Source of the DNA: a virus
Strand: one strand, 5' to 3'
Length of the DNA stretch: 64,000 nucleotides
IMG/VR virus record: IMGVR_UViG_3300025151_000023
Coordinates: 1 to 64,000 of that record
Shown: piece by piece, positions 37,423-46,112 of the stretch
Numbering within the stretch: the stretch's first letter is position 1
Layout: each line of letters opens with the position of its first letter
The notes under the pieces: generated by a model
Told to the model about the DNA's origin: nothing
The model's database searches: none
Seen by the model: only the letters and a program-made list of their open reading frames with translations
Position numbers and translations under genes: made by a program

Positions 37423-39145
37423 TCATATTATAAGTTTGTGCCCATGAACGCATCATCCACGATATAAGCCTAGGCTTTTTATTCATTTGATTTGCTTTTG
37501 AAATCACATTTTTTAAACAATCATTTTTGTTCATGTAGCTAGCCATAAAATTTTGCAATTCTTTTTGATCGTTCAACCAATACACTAAAGGCACAGTCCA
37601 TCCTGTTTTTTGTTTATTGATAATGTAATCAGGTAGGTAATTTTTATATGCTATTTTCGTTGGCAATTTAGTATCGCCTTTTTGTGCACCAATTTTGTGT
37701 TTGGAAGTTATGCCTAAACAATACTTCATAAATCTTTGCGTAGCTAATGGGAACCTACCCTCCATACCAAACGCCATTCCAAATTTATCATTCCTGCCAA
37801 AAAAGTCTTCTGGTACTTGTGTAACACAATCTAAAGCCATGTAAGAATTTACATGATCATTTGGGTTCCATATACCTTGCGGAAATTGTTTACACAATAT
37901 TTCATGCAATTCTTTTTTTGATATTTTTGTAGTCATTTCAACAGGTCTTTTTATTCTGTGCATCCATTTCCACACCAAACCCTCCCATGACTTGATATGT
38001 TCTTCAGGCTTTTTTAGTTTCCAATATTTTGGATATCCGCCTAGTAATTCGTCACCCATATCACCAGCCATTGTAACCACTACACCGGCTTCAGCAAGAC
38101 GCCTGTTAGTTTCGTAATACATTGGCATATTCCAGTTATAAACCGGTTGTTCCATGAAGTGCATTGTTTTGTCCCAACAATCCATTGTAATTTTTGGTGT
38201 GATAGTAATTTCAGTATGGTTCATTCCAAAGTCTTTGGCAAATCTCGCCGCATGAATGGCATCGTCATTGTGGTCCTCATCTGTAATCACATTTGGAGAC
38301 ATTTTGTTTGTAAAAGTGTCCAAATGTCCTAGTACTTTTTTGAGTTCATATGCAACTAATGTAGAGTCCAACCCACCTGATAAAAACATGCCAAATTTTC
38401 TTAGACCTAGTGTAGACATTTTCACTGTTTCGTGTGCTTCATGCCTAAATTCTTCAAAGTCTAATGGCTTATTACTTTCTGGATATATTGTGTGTACGTT
38501 GCGTTCTTTGAATTTTTTATTTCCTACATCATACACCAACGTTTCCCCAGGCATTAATTTTTTGATACCTGTAAACATAGAATTGCTAGTTGCGTTCAAC
38601 CCAGTAATGCTCATACATGCAGAAGCTAGTTCGTCAATTTTTTTAGCACCTGGTACGTGCTCTATCATACCTTTTATTTCAGAACCAAAGATTAATCCAT
38701 CTGATATTTCGGCATAATACAATGGTTTTATCCCTGCATGATCACGTGATAGTGTTATAGTTTTGTCCTCTTTATTGTAATATGCGTAAGCGTGCATTGA
38801 ATCTAATGTGCTTGATATTGTTGTGTTACTGTTTGATCTGTCTAGTAAAAATGCTAATAATTCAGTATCGCACGTAGTTTTTGGTTGCCATGTATCTTTA
38901 TATGTTTCTTTCAATTCGTTGTAATTAAAAATTTCTCCATTGTAAACTAACACATTTCCTCTGTCAGTAATCCATGGCTGTTTGCCATCTACCGGTGTTG
39001 AAGTTATTGATAACAAGTTATGACCTAACGTAACATTATCGTCATGCCATACATCAGATCCATCTGGTCCTCTATGGGAACATGCTGAAATATAAGATTT
39101 TATTAATTCAGGTTTTCTAGCAGTGATACCGTATATGCCACACAT
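37415..39145 (-). CDS. asnB: asparagine synthase (glutamine-hydrolysing) family amidotransferase
   Basis: MCGI, HRGPD, NGEIFN, RDHAGIKPLYY, LSGGLDS, GDELLGGY. Confidence 0.9.
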   Translation of the reverse strand: MCGIYGITARKPELIKSYISACSHRGPDGSDVWHDDNVTLGHNLLSITSTPVDGKQPWITDRGNVLVYNGEIFNYNELKETYKDTWQPKTTCDTELLAFLLDRSNSNTTISSTLDSMHAYAYYNKEDKTITLSRDHAGIKPLYYAEISDGLIFGSEIKGMIEHVPGAKKIDELASACMSITGLNATSNSMFTGIKKLMPGETLVYDVGNKKFKERNVHTIYPESNKPLDFEEFRHEAHETVKMSTLGLRKFGMFLSGGLDSTLVAYELKKVLGHLDTFTNKMSPNVITDEDHNDDAIHAARFAKDFGMNHTEITITPKITMDCWDKTMHFMEQPVYNWNMPMYYETNRRLAEAGVVVTMAGDMGDELLGGYPKYWKLKKPEEHIKSWEGLVWKWMHRIKRPVEMTTKISKKELHEILCKQFPQGIWNPNDHVNSYMALDCVTQVPEDFFGRNDKFGMAFGMEGRFPLATQRFMKYCLGITSKHKIGAQKGDTKLPTKIAYKNYLPDYIINKQKTGWTVPLVYWLNDQKELQNFMASYMNKNDCLKNVISKANQMNKKPRLISWMMRSWAQTYNMTI

Positions 39146-39153
39146 ACTTTAAT

Positions 39154-39762
39154 TTAGTTACGTTTATTCTTAATGAACAAATTTACGGTTATTCTATGGG
39201 CATCAATAATACCTCCGTAATCATGCCATGTTTTGGATTGTATTCCTGCAAATACAAATGCCCGATTTGGTTTCCATGGTGCCGAGCCCCATAAATTTGC
39301 AAGTGTAATAGTTTCAGGATTTTGCACATTATTGCCTTTAACACCAGTGTACATATTAGTACCAGTACCTTCGTTCGGAGCCACATAAATCACACCGGAC
39401 CAACATTTGTCATAGCTTTCGTCATGCACTGGAAATCTATAAGGTGCAGGTGCCTGCCTTGTAATTTGCACTTCTCCTTTATATTTTGCAAAAGCTCTAG
39501 CATGTGGCCAATGCTTCAGCAGTTGTGGTATGTTATCATTAAGCCAAGCATCAGCTTTATTAAGCCAACTTGTTAACTTGGTGTCTAGTATTGTGTTATT
39601 TTTTAAAAATGCCTTGTTGTCTTTAAAATTACTATTCTCATCTATTGTAGATAATTTGTCAAACAATGGTTTAAGTTCTTCGTATTGTTGGATAACATTG
39701 TCTGTTTGCATCCACGGCCATGGAACAGTATGTGTAGGTCCTTGAAATAAACCATTAAACAT
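39154..39762 (-). CDS. 2OG-Fe(II) oxygenase-like protein
   Basis: PVHDE...GT...TWHDY...RIT. Confidence 0.7.
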   Translation of the reverse strand: MFNGLFQGPTHTVPWPWMQTDNVIQQYEELKPLFDKLSTIDENSNFKDNKAFLKNNTILDTKLTSWLNKADAWLNDNIPQLLKHWPHARAFAKYKGEVQITRQAPAPYRFPVHDESYDKCWSGVIYVAPNEGTGTNMYTGVKGNNVQNPETITLANLWGSAPWKPNRAFVFAGIQSKTWHDYGGIIDAHRITVNLFIKNKRN

Positions 39763-40447
39763 TTAGTGTGGCTTCGTATTCATCTTTTGCGTCACGCCAT
39801 TCTTGTGCGTAAGGAACATCTTGCATGTGTGCAAACCAAGGTCCACCTTCTGTATAATGTAACATTTTAGGTGAACCATCTTCTGGTGCTGTATACCAAT
39901 CAGTAAGCCAGTTCCATTCATGCGATATTTCGCCTATTTCATGATCAGCTAACCACATAAATCTATGGTGCCATAAACCTGTATTTGTGTTAACTGCATT
40001 TAGATCAATTAATTTATTAGATGGATGTTCACAATTCCATAACACACAAGATGACCAGTTTTTTCTTGGATATTGCAGTTGTGCTTGACCATCCATTTTA
40101 GTTCCTTCCTTAGGAGTATAATCATGTTTAGCTACCATAACTGCATAATTGTCATTTGCCTGATTAAACAAATCCTTTAGATCTGCACGACACAAAAAGT
40201 CGCAATCGATGAACAACGCCCAACCTTTGTAACCAGTTAGTATAGGCACCATAAATCTACTGAATGTAAATTCTGTTGATGCTTTTTTGTCCACATCTCT
40301 AGTGTACATTCCTAGTTCCTTGAGAGTGTTTAATTTAAGTGGATATACTTGAACGTCTGGATTGTGTTTCTTTATGGTGTACTTGGCCACTTGATAGGCA
40401 ATGTCTTCTCTTGAATCCCATCCTACAAATACTTTCATTTCTGTCAT
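39755..40447 (-). CDS. GT8-like glycosyltransferase
   Basis: VGWDSRE, STEFTFSRF, FIDCD, YPRKNWSS, HYTEGGPW. Confidence 0.85.
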   Translation of the reverse strand: MTEMKVFVGWDSREDIAYQVAKYTIKKHNPDVQVYPLKLNTLKELGMYTRDVDKKASTEFTFSRFMVPILTGYKGWALFIDCDFLCRADLKDLFNQANDNYAVMVAKHDYTPKEGTKMDGQAQLQYPRKNWSSCVLWNCEHPSNKLIDLNAVNTNTGLWHHRFMWLADHEIGEISHEWNWLTDWYTAPEDGSPKMLHYTEGGPWFAHMQDVPYAQEWRDAKDEYEATLNV

Positions 40448-41022
40448 AGCTTGTTTATATAGTGATAAATTTGTTGCCAATTGTCTACTTTGGTGATTCT
40501 GCTGTCGTCTTTGTACGCATTGTATGGATGTTTAATTAAAATAGTATCTAATCCCATATCTGCTCCCAGTACTGCATTGCGCCATTTGTCTTCAATCCAC
40601 AAGTATCCTGAGTCTTTGTAAGGTTTCAAGCTGTCGTCTTTAGAGTAACCTGTGCCTATACATATTACCTCGGAAAAAGCATCACCAAATAGTGTTTGTA
40701 AATTTTCTTCTCTCAGTTTGTGTGCATATGTATCTTCATGCATTGATGTTATTGCTATAAATTTCCAACCTTCTTGACTAAGTTGTGGAATCACTGTTTG
40801 TGCATCACGGAACGGTTCTAAATGTTTTATCCATGCAGACATATTAAAATGCCAAATCAAGTCATCGATATCTTTGCCCATTTCAACCCATCGCTGTCGT
40901 GCATGACTTTGTGTTGAGTCCTTAATCTCCATGTTAAAATATTTTTTAGCAAATTTTGTAAATCCGCGATCCCAATCAACACAAACTCCATCAATGTCAG
41001 TGAGTATTATTTTTTCTTTCAT
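40444..41022 (-). CDS. HAD-superfamily 5'(3')-nucleotidase-like phosphatase
   Basis: TDIDGV, ITS, K, WIEDK. Confidence 0.8.
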   Translation of the reverse strand: MKEKIILTDIDGVCVDWDRGFTKFAKKYFNMEIKDSTQSHARQRWVEMGKDIDDLIWHFNMSAWIKHLEPFRDAQTVIPQLSQEGWKFIAITSMHEDTYAHKLREENLQTLFGDAFSEVICIGTGYSKDDSLKPYKDSGYLWIEDKWRNAVLGADMGLDTILIKHPYNAYKDDSRITKVDNWQQIYHYINKL

Positions 41023-41113
41023 CTTTTCCTTTCACATAATATCCAATCATAACACCAGATATAAAAACTGTAATAATGGCCAACAAGTGCCACAGTAATC
41101 CAAAACTTATCAT
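40997..41113 (-). CDS. 38-aa membrane peptide
   Basis: Manual translation MISFGLLWHLLAIITVFISGVMIGYYVKGKDERKNNTH; GAGG SD. Confidence 0.55.
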   Translation of the reverse strand: MISFGLLWHLLAIITVFISGVMIGYYVKGKDERKNNTH

Positions 41114-41130
41114 ATTCCTCTTCCTTTGTG

Positions 41131-41176
41131 GGGGCGGGGGCCTGGTAAGAGGCCCCGTACTTACCTAACTCACCCC
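41131..41176 (-). ncRNA. compact GC-rich structured RNA immediately 3' of the atypical tRNA
   Basis: GGGGUG/CGCCCC outer stem, GGGGCCU/AGGCCCC hairpin, loop CUUACC complementary to internal GGUAAG. Confidence 0.5.
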
Positions 41177-41179
41177 TAA

Positions 41180-41269
41180 TGGTACGGTCTACAGGACTTG
41201 AACCTGTATGCTTTGTGGCTATACCCGCTCTAGACGGCTATACGTGTCTACCAATTCCACCAAGACCGC
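41180..41269 (-). tRNA. tRNA-Leu-like (UAG?) with abnormally long anticodon arm
   Basis: Acceptor GCGGTCT/AGACCGT-A-CCA, Leu-type D arm GTGGAATTGGTAGACAC, T arm ACAGG-TTCAAGT-CCTGT, anticodon arm TATAGCCG-TCTAGAG-CGGGTATA. Confidence 0.7.
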
Positions 41270-41293
41270 ATATTCATTATATATGGAAAACTT

Positions 41294-41617
41294 TTACTTG
41301 TCATTAAAATATTTTTCCAATTTTCCAGATTCGTCTCTATGTTTATTATCAGGATCAAGCGAATCTTTTTGTTCTGTAATTACTGGCCATTTCTCTGACC
41401 AAATTCTATTGAATTCTATCCATTTAGCACCTTCTTCATCAACATCGGATCTAATTGCATCTTCTGGGCATTCAGGTTCACATACTCCGCAGTCAATACA
41501 TTCATCAGGATTGATTACTAACATATTTTCACCTTCGTAAAAGCAGTCGACAGGACACACATTTACACAATCGGTATGTTTACACATAATACATTTGTCG
41601 TTTACAGTATATGTCAT
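41294..41617 (-). CDS. fdxA: 7Fe ferredoxin FdxA
   Basis: [20 protein letters not shown]...[17 protein letters not shown]. Confidence 0.93.
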   Translation of the reverse strand: MTYTVNDKCIMCKHTDCVNVCPVDCFYEGENMLVINPDECIDCGVCEPECPEDAIRSDVDEEGAKWIEFNRIWSEKWPVITEQKDSLDPDNKHRDESGKLEKYFNDK

Positions 41618-41630
41618 TTTATAATATATA

Positions 41631-41706
<76 letters not shown>

Positions 41707-41707
41707 T

Positions 41708-41783
41708 TGGTGGAGGATACAAGAGTCGAACTTGCGACCTCCTGAATGCAAATCAGGCGCTCTCCCAACTGAGCTAATCCCCC
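41708..41783 (-). tRNA. tRNA-Ala(UGC)
   Basis: 76-nt cloverleaf, loop TT-TGC-AT, G3:U70, encoded CCA. Confidence 0.93.
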
Positions 41784-41793
41784 GAGTGTTTTA

Positions 41794-41821
41794 ATTATAC
41801 ATTCAGTAAAATATATGTCAA
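41794..41821 (-). promoter_or_regulatory. sigma70 promoter of tRNA cluster
   Basis: TTGACA-16nt-TATAAT 10 nt upstream of tRNA-Ala. Confidence 0.65.
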
Positions 41822-41967
41822 ATGTAAGAAATTCACTAAAATCCATGGGTACAAACACCAGCCCTGGTGTAAAAGATTGCAAATTTGACGCCATTATGCA
41901 AGTCTTTTTTTGTGCAAAAAATCTATTCTGTGTTTGGGATGCACGAATCTGCCATAAATATGCTGTA

Positions 41968-42834
41968 ATGGATAACATAGCCGATTTAGCTCACGCAATG
42001 CAACAAGTGACACAGTGGGCACCAGACAGTGAAGGCCCAACTGAAGATCATTTAGACCAAATTATTAGAGCGTCACTATCAGTTCAAAAAACTTGTGTGT
42101 CAAGCAAAGGGTTTAATATTTGGTTGCCACACAGACAGGGACTTCATAAAGAATGGATCAAAGAAGTAGTAGAGCCACATTTAACTTGTTTGTTAGATCT
42201 TGGATTCGAAGGATGCCACAAATCTCTAGTGTATTTGTTCACTCCAGACGTAATCGATCCAGAAGTGGTTTGGGATGATAACGAAAAAGCAGACGTTCAA
42301 TCTAGATTACCATGGTGGAAAAATATGCCAAACAGGTATAACACGCCAGGCCACACTGCTTTAGGCAAAAATATACCAAATTGGACTAAAAACTATTTTG
42401 TTAATAGTGGATTTATGTTATTAGCCGCAGGACTAGAAGCAAGAAGATTGGGTTATCATGTGCAATATGTTACACTGGAACAGATTTCTCAATTTATGTA
42501 TAATCATCCCAAATTTGGGAAAAATGTACAAGCAGAACCTTACATTATGACAACTGCTCTTAACATAGGTACTAAGCCTTTGCATGCTAAAATGTCAACA
42601 AAACGTAACAGAGCGTATAATATGGTAACTAAAGAAAGAAGGTCACACATTTACAAACCGGACGCTGTAACTGACGATGTGCCAATGCACTATGAGTGGA
42701 CCGATACTTTACACAATATTCTTGATACTAGAATTTACCTAGGCGGTAAAGTTGATACACGTTTTAGGCCAAAAGGCTGGACCAAAAGAGATCAAGATAT
42801 TCACAATAAACGACTCAAACATAAAGTCACGTAA
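41968..42834 (+). CDS. nitroreductase-fold protein (start revised to 41968)
   Basis: LDQIIRAS..., NSGFMLLAAGLEARRLGY; TAAATA-7nt-ATG. Confidence 0.6.
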   Translation: MDNIADLAHAMQQVTQWAPDSEGPTEDHLDQIIRASLSVQKTCVSSKGFNIWLPHRQGLHKEWIKEVVEPHLTCLLDLGFEGCHKSLVYLFTPDVIDPEVVWDDNEKADVQSRLPWWKNMPNRYNTPGHTALGKNIPNWTKNYFVNSGFMLLAAGLEARRLGYHVQYVTLEQISQFMYNHPKFGKNVQAEPYIMTTALNIGTKPLHAKMSTKRNRAYNMVTKERRSHIYKPDAVTDDVPMHYEWTDTLHNILDTRIYLGGKVDTRFRPKGWTKRDQDIHNKRLKHKVT

Positions 42835-42845
42835 GGTTTAAAAAA

Positions 42846-43010
42846 TTATAGATAATATCTATTTTTAAATTTACTAGAATAATCTAATTCACGTAGTCTT
42901 CGATCTAGATCATATAAGTCTTCTGATTGAGCAAGATAATTGTTAACTTTTTTTGCTCTTAAGTCTTCGGTTGGAAATAAGCCTAGTACCCAAGTAAGTA
43001 TTTTTTTCAT
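42846..43010 (-). CDS. DUF3563-like small protein (not in ORF track)
   Basis: Manual translation contains NYLAQSEDLYDLDRRLRELD. Confidence 0.65.
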   Translation of the reverse strand: MKKILTWVLGLFPTEDLRAKKVNNYLAQSEDLYDLDRRLRELDYSSKFKNRYYL

Positions 43011-43092
43011 AGTTTAGCCTTTAGTGTCATGTAAGCATATTCACATGCTGTTTTAATTTTTTTGTGGTGTACAATGATATAGTAGGATAGCA

Positions 43093-43284
43093 TTACCAAT
43101 TGTTTCCTTTTGGTACGTTACCGGTTGTCTTGTAATAATAGTAAGCATTACGCCAGTTGTTTTTAAATTCAGTTTTAAAATAGTTTACCATCACGTGATC
43201 TTCTGTTACTACATTGAATGAGTTATCAGTGTTCATAAAATTTGAATTTGTGATAGATTTGATTGCATTAATAATCGTTTGCAT
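43093..43284 (-). CDS. small hypothetical protein
   Basis: AAAGG SD; YFKTEFKNNW motif. Confidence 0.6.
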   Translation of the reverse strand: MQTIINAIKSITNSNFMNTDNSFNVVTEDHVMVNYFKTEFKNNWRNAYYYYKTTGNVPKGNNW

Positions 43285-43429
43285 TAGTCGTTTAACCTTT
43301 CATAATTTGTTGTTCACTATAATTTATAGCAGAAATCAAAAAAAACCTACTGTATATTTGCTATAGACGGTATGCAAAAAAGTTATACTGTAAAGTTCTT
43401 TGATATGTTGTATTGTTATACTAAAAAAA

Positions 43430-43885
43430 TTATAGATTAGCGTCTTCCATTCCTGCTACTCTAAGTTTTACTATATTTGTAAGATGCCATTGTTTTTGAT
43501 CTAGTGCTTTGATTACACCTAACCATTTGTTCCTTAGTAGAGCCCACTCGTTAACGATTGCTTCATAATTACAAACTTCATCTTCACCTTCTGCATACTT
43601 TTCTGCGTCACGTGATGTAAGAGCTCTTTGATAATTTTCTAAATATTTTTTGTAGTGTTTAGTGCGTAATCGTCTGTGTTGTATTTCTAAATGTTTTAAT
43701 ATGCCTTCAACTTCTTGTAGTTGTCTAAAACGTTCTTCCACAACACCTGGCATTGATGCTGATTGTTTTTCAATGTTGCCTTGTAATTTAACTTCTTTTG
43801 ATGCGTGTTCTAGTTCAGATTCATAGTGTGTAATTGCATCAGGAATCTTAGAAACGTCTTGTGAAACTATTGAGAACCAATTCAT
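43430..43885 (-). CDS. uvsY: recombination mediator UvsY-like
   Basis: Coiled coil, YLENYQRALTSRDAEKY; next to uvsX. Confidence 0.75.
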   Translation of the reverse strand: MNWFSIVSQDVSKIPDAITHYESELEHASKEVKLQGNIEKQSASMPGVVEERFRQLQEVEGILKHLEIQHRRLRTKHYKKYLENYQRALTSRDAEKYAEGEDEVCNYEAIVNEWALLRNKWLGVIKALDQKQWHLTNIVKLRVAGMEDANL

Positions 43886-44139
43886 TAGTAATCTTCATAA
43901 CGTTCTTCACCATAACCATCACCATAATCCTCATATTCATCTTTGTCGTACTCTTTTAGTTCTTGAATAGCTTCATCTAGTTCCTCGTCATGGCCTAGTA
44001 ATTCATCTAGATCTTCTTCTATAAGCCCAGTGTTAGCAATTATATCAACAAACTTGTTTGCAACTATAGATTTATCTTTGGCAGGGACGTATGACTTAAT
44101 TAAGTTCCAAACATCAATTAACATTTGCGTCTCCGTCAT
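43885..44139 (-). CDS. acidic conserved hypothetical protein
   Basis: Coupled between uvsX and uvsY. Confidence 0.65.
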   Translation of the reverse strand: MTETQMLIDVWNLIKSYVPAKDKSIVANKFVDIIANTGLIEEDLDELLGHDEELDEAIQELKEYDKDEYEDYGDGYGEERYEDY

Positions 44140-45199
44140 TTTCTTTTGTCTCTTCTAGTCCTTCTGGTTGTGTAACAACTTGGTTACTTACCTCTTGCAT
44201 TACAATTTTTAAATTTTCTGCTCCCCAGGCTTTTCTGTAATCAAGCAGTTCTTTACCATCTGCTGTTATATATTTCAAACGATTGCCTTGTTGTGTAATA
44301 AGGCCTTTTTTCTCAAATAAATCTAATAAGCCACTGTATGGATTCATGCCAGTTTCATAAGGAATTTTTACTTGCACACCTTCAAAAGGCTTTGCAAATC
44401 TTGTCTTCATAACCTTACACGCGGCTCTTATACCACGTACTTCACTTACTTTGTTGCCTGCTTCGTCCTCTTTAAGTTTAAGTTTTTTCATTGCAACAAC
44501 GATACTGGATGCATATATAAATCCTTGTCCACCTGATATCTTATCATCAGGATCAAACATGTCCTGTGATGCATAAGTGTGATTAGTTGCAACCATGCCT
44601 ACGTTAAATGAACCAAACATGTTTACACAGTTTCTAACAAGAGCTGTTAGTGCCTTAGGTTTTCTGCCTAAGTCGCCCTTCATATCACCCTTTTCGAATT
44701 GATCTACATCAGTAGGAGTCATCATCATGCCTAGCGAATCTAATACAAACAATACTTTTGGTCGATCTTGTGGATCTTTGTCGGTATAGTCTGCTTTATA
44801 TTCTTTCATAAAGTTTGATATTGTTTTAGCAACATCATCGATCATGCTCATACCTAGTCGTAAAAGTTTTTCTTCTGATGTATCAACACCAATGGCTTTT
44901 AACCATGCTTCATCTAATGCATTTTCAGAGTCAACTAGGATTACAAATATGCCTTGTTTTTGTGCTTCTCTTATAATGTTGCCCGAACAAATATAAGACT
45001 TGCCAGAACCAGACTCGCCTGCAAAGACTGTTACTTTGCCTAGCGGAATACCTTTATAAAAATCTCCCGAAATAAGATAGTTTAAGGCGTAGTTGCCAGT
45101 TGATATCCAGTCAGTTGGATCATTGAATCCTACTCCTAGCCCATCAATAGACTTTGTAATACTTTTTCTAAATTTTGTTACATCAAAAGGTTTAACCAT
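44114..45199 (-). CDS. uvsX: RecA/UvsX recombinase
   Basis: ISTG, GESGSGKS, DSENA, LDSLG, NHTY, SGG. Confidence 0.92.
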   Translation of the reverse strand: MVKPFDVTKFRKSITKSIDGLGVGFNDPTDWISTGNYALNYLISGDFYKGIPLGKVTVFAGESGSGKSYICSGNIIREAQKQGIFVILVDSENALDEAWLKAIGVDTSEEKLLRLGMSMIDDVAKTISNFMKEYKADYTDKDPQDRPKVLFVLDSLGMMMTPTDVDQFEKGDMKGDLGRKPKALTALVRNCVNMFGSFNVGMVATNHTYASQDMFDPDDKISGGQGFIYASSIVVAMKKLKLKEDEAGNKVSEVRGIRAACKVMKTRFAKPFEGVQVKIPYETGMNPYSGLLDLFEKKGLITQQGNRLKYITADGKELLDYRKAWGAENLKIVMQEVSNQVVTQPEGLEETKENDGDANVN

Positions 45200-45244
45200 G
45201 TTTGTGACTCCTATATTTGTATTATATTTTGTTGTGTTAAAATG

Positions 45245-46054
45245 TCAATCATAAATTTCTATATTTGTAAATTTGCTTTGGTATGACAAATCTGCATCAT
45301 TAAATGTCTGTGTCCAAGTACCAACTGGTAATACACCTAATCCAGCTTTTTTGTCATATGGATCAATACCACTAGCTTTACACCAATCAACAAAGCCATC
45401 TTTGAACCATGGACCACTTTCTCTCTCAAACCATAAGTCTGGTCCTATATGATGCCAGTTTTTGGTGTTTTCATAATCAGCTGGCAAATTATCATGATAC
45501 AATTCTTTGTGTGTTTTGCCTACTTCATTGTACCCTACATAAACGTGCCCTGCTGTTCTTTCATATTGCATTGTTTCATATTCGTCAGCTGATAAATCTT
45601 CCCGCCAAATATGATCTTTATCCCAACGCAAGTGATACTGATTTCTGTACTGGTTTCCAGGCTCTAATTCATGCAACAAAGAATTCAAATTGCGTATAGA
45701 ATTTTTTATTAATTTTGGTGCCATTCGTATTAGTCGTGTTGGCTTATTCCATTCACCGTTCAAATGTTCAAATATTTCATGTAATTCGTTATAAAAATTA
45801 TGGTTGTTCCAATCAATTTTTAAATTGATAACTCTGCGGTTAAAAAATTTATTGATATTATCGATAGATTCCAGCAACATGTCTTGAGTTTGTTTATCGT
45901 TTCTATACTTTCCAAAACTTTCTGTATTGTCGATGTGCATTCCTTTATCAATGTGTTGTTGCAAAATTTTGGTGTATTTTTTTGCAATATGATTATCAAA
46001 GCATTGCACAGTCGACGTGTGTAAATTATCGATGGTAAAAATAATTTTTGACAT
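45245..46054 (-). CDS. hypothetical protein
   Basis: Long ORF; LHEIFE, Y.EVGK. Confidence 0.7.
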   Translation of the reverse strand: MSKIIFTIDNLHTSTVQCFDNHIAKKYTKILQQHIDKGMHIDNTESFGKYRNDKQTQDMLLESIDNINKFFNRRVINLKIDWNNHNFYNELHEIFEHLNGEWNKPTRLIRMAPKLIKNSIRNLNSLLHELEPGNQYRNQYHLRWDKDHIWREDLSADEYETMQYERTAGHVYVGYNEVGKTHKELYHDNLPADYENTKNWHHIGPDLWFERESGPWFKDGFVDWCKASGIDPYDKKAGLGVLPVGTWTQTFNDADLSYQSKFTNIEIYD

Positions 46055-46061
46055 GTGTAGT

Positions 46062-46108
46062 AAAGGGGCAGAGCAATACTACTTTGTGATATCTATTGAT
46101 GCCCCAAA
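46062..46108 (-). terminator. hairpin after ssb
   Basis: GGGGCA...TGCCCC outer stem with inner CAATA/TATTG, followed by TTT. Confidence 0.5.
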
Positions 46109-46112
46109 CTTA

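Noticed and set aside
41120-41180. HDV-like (theta) ribozyme at the tRNA 3' end
   Set aside because: The helix order is A-B-C-B'-C'-A'. I could not build the HDV nested double pseudoknot (3-bp P3, P1.1, P4, J4/2 catalytic C, 3' P2 strand).
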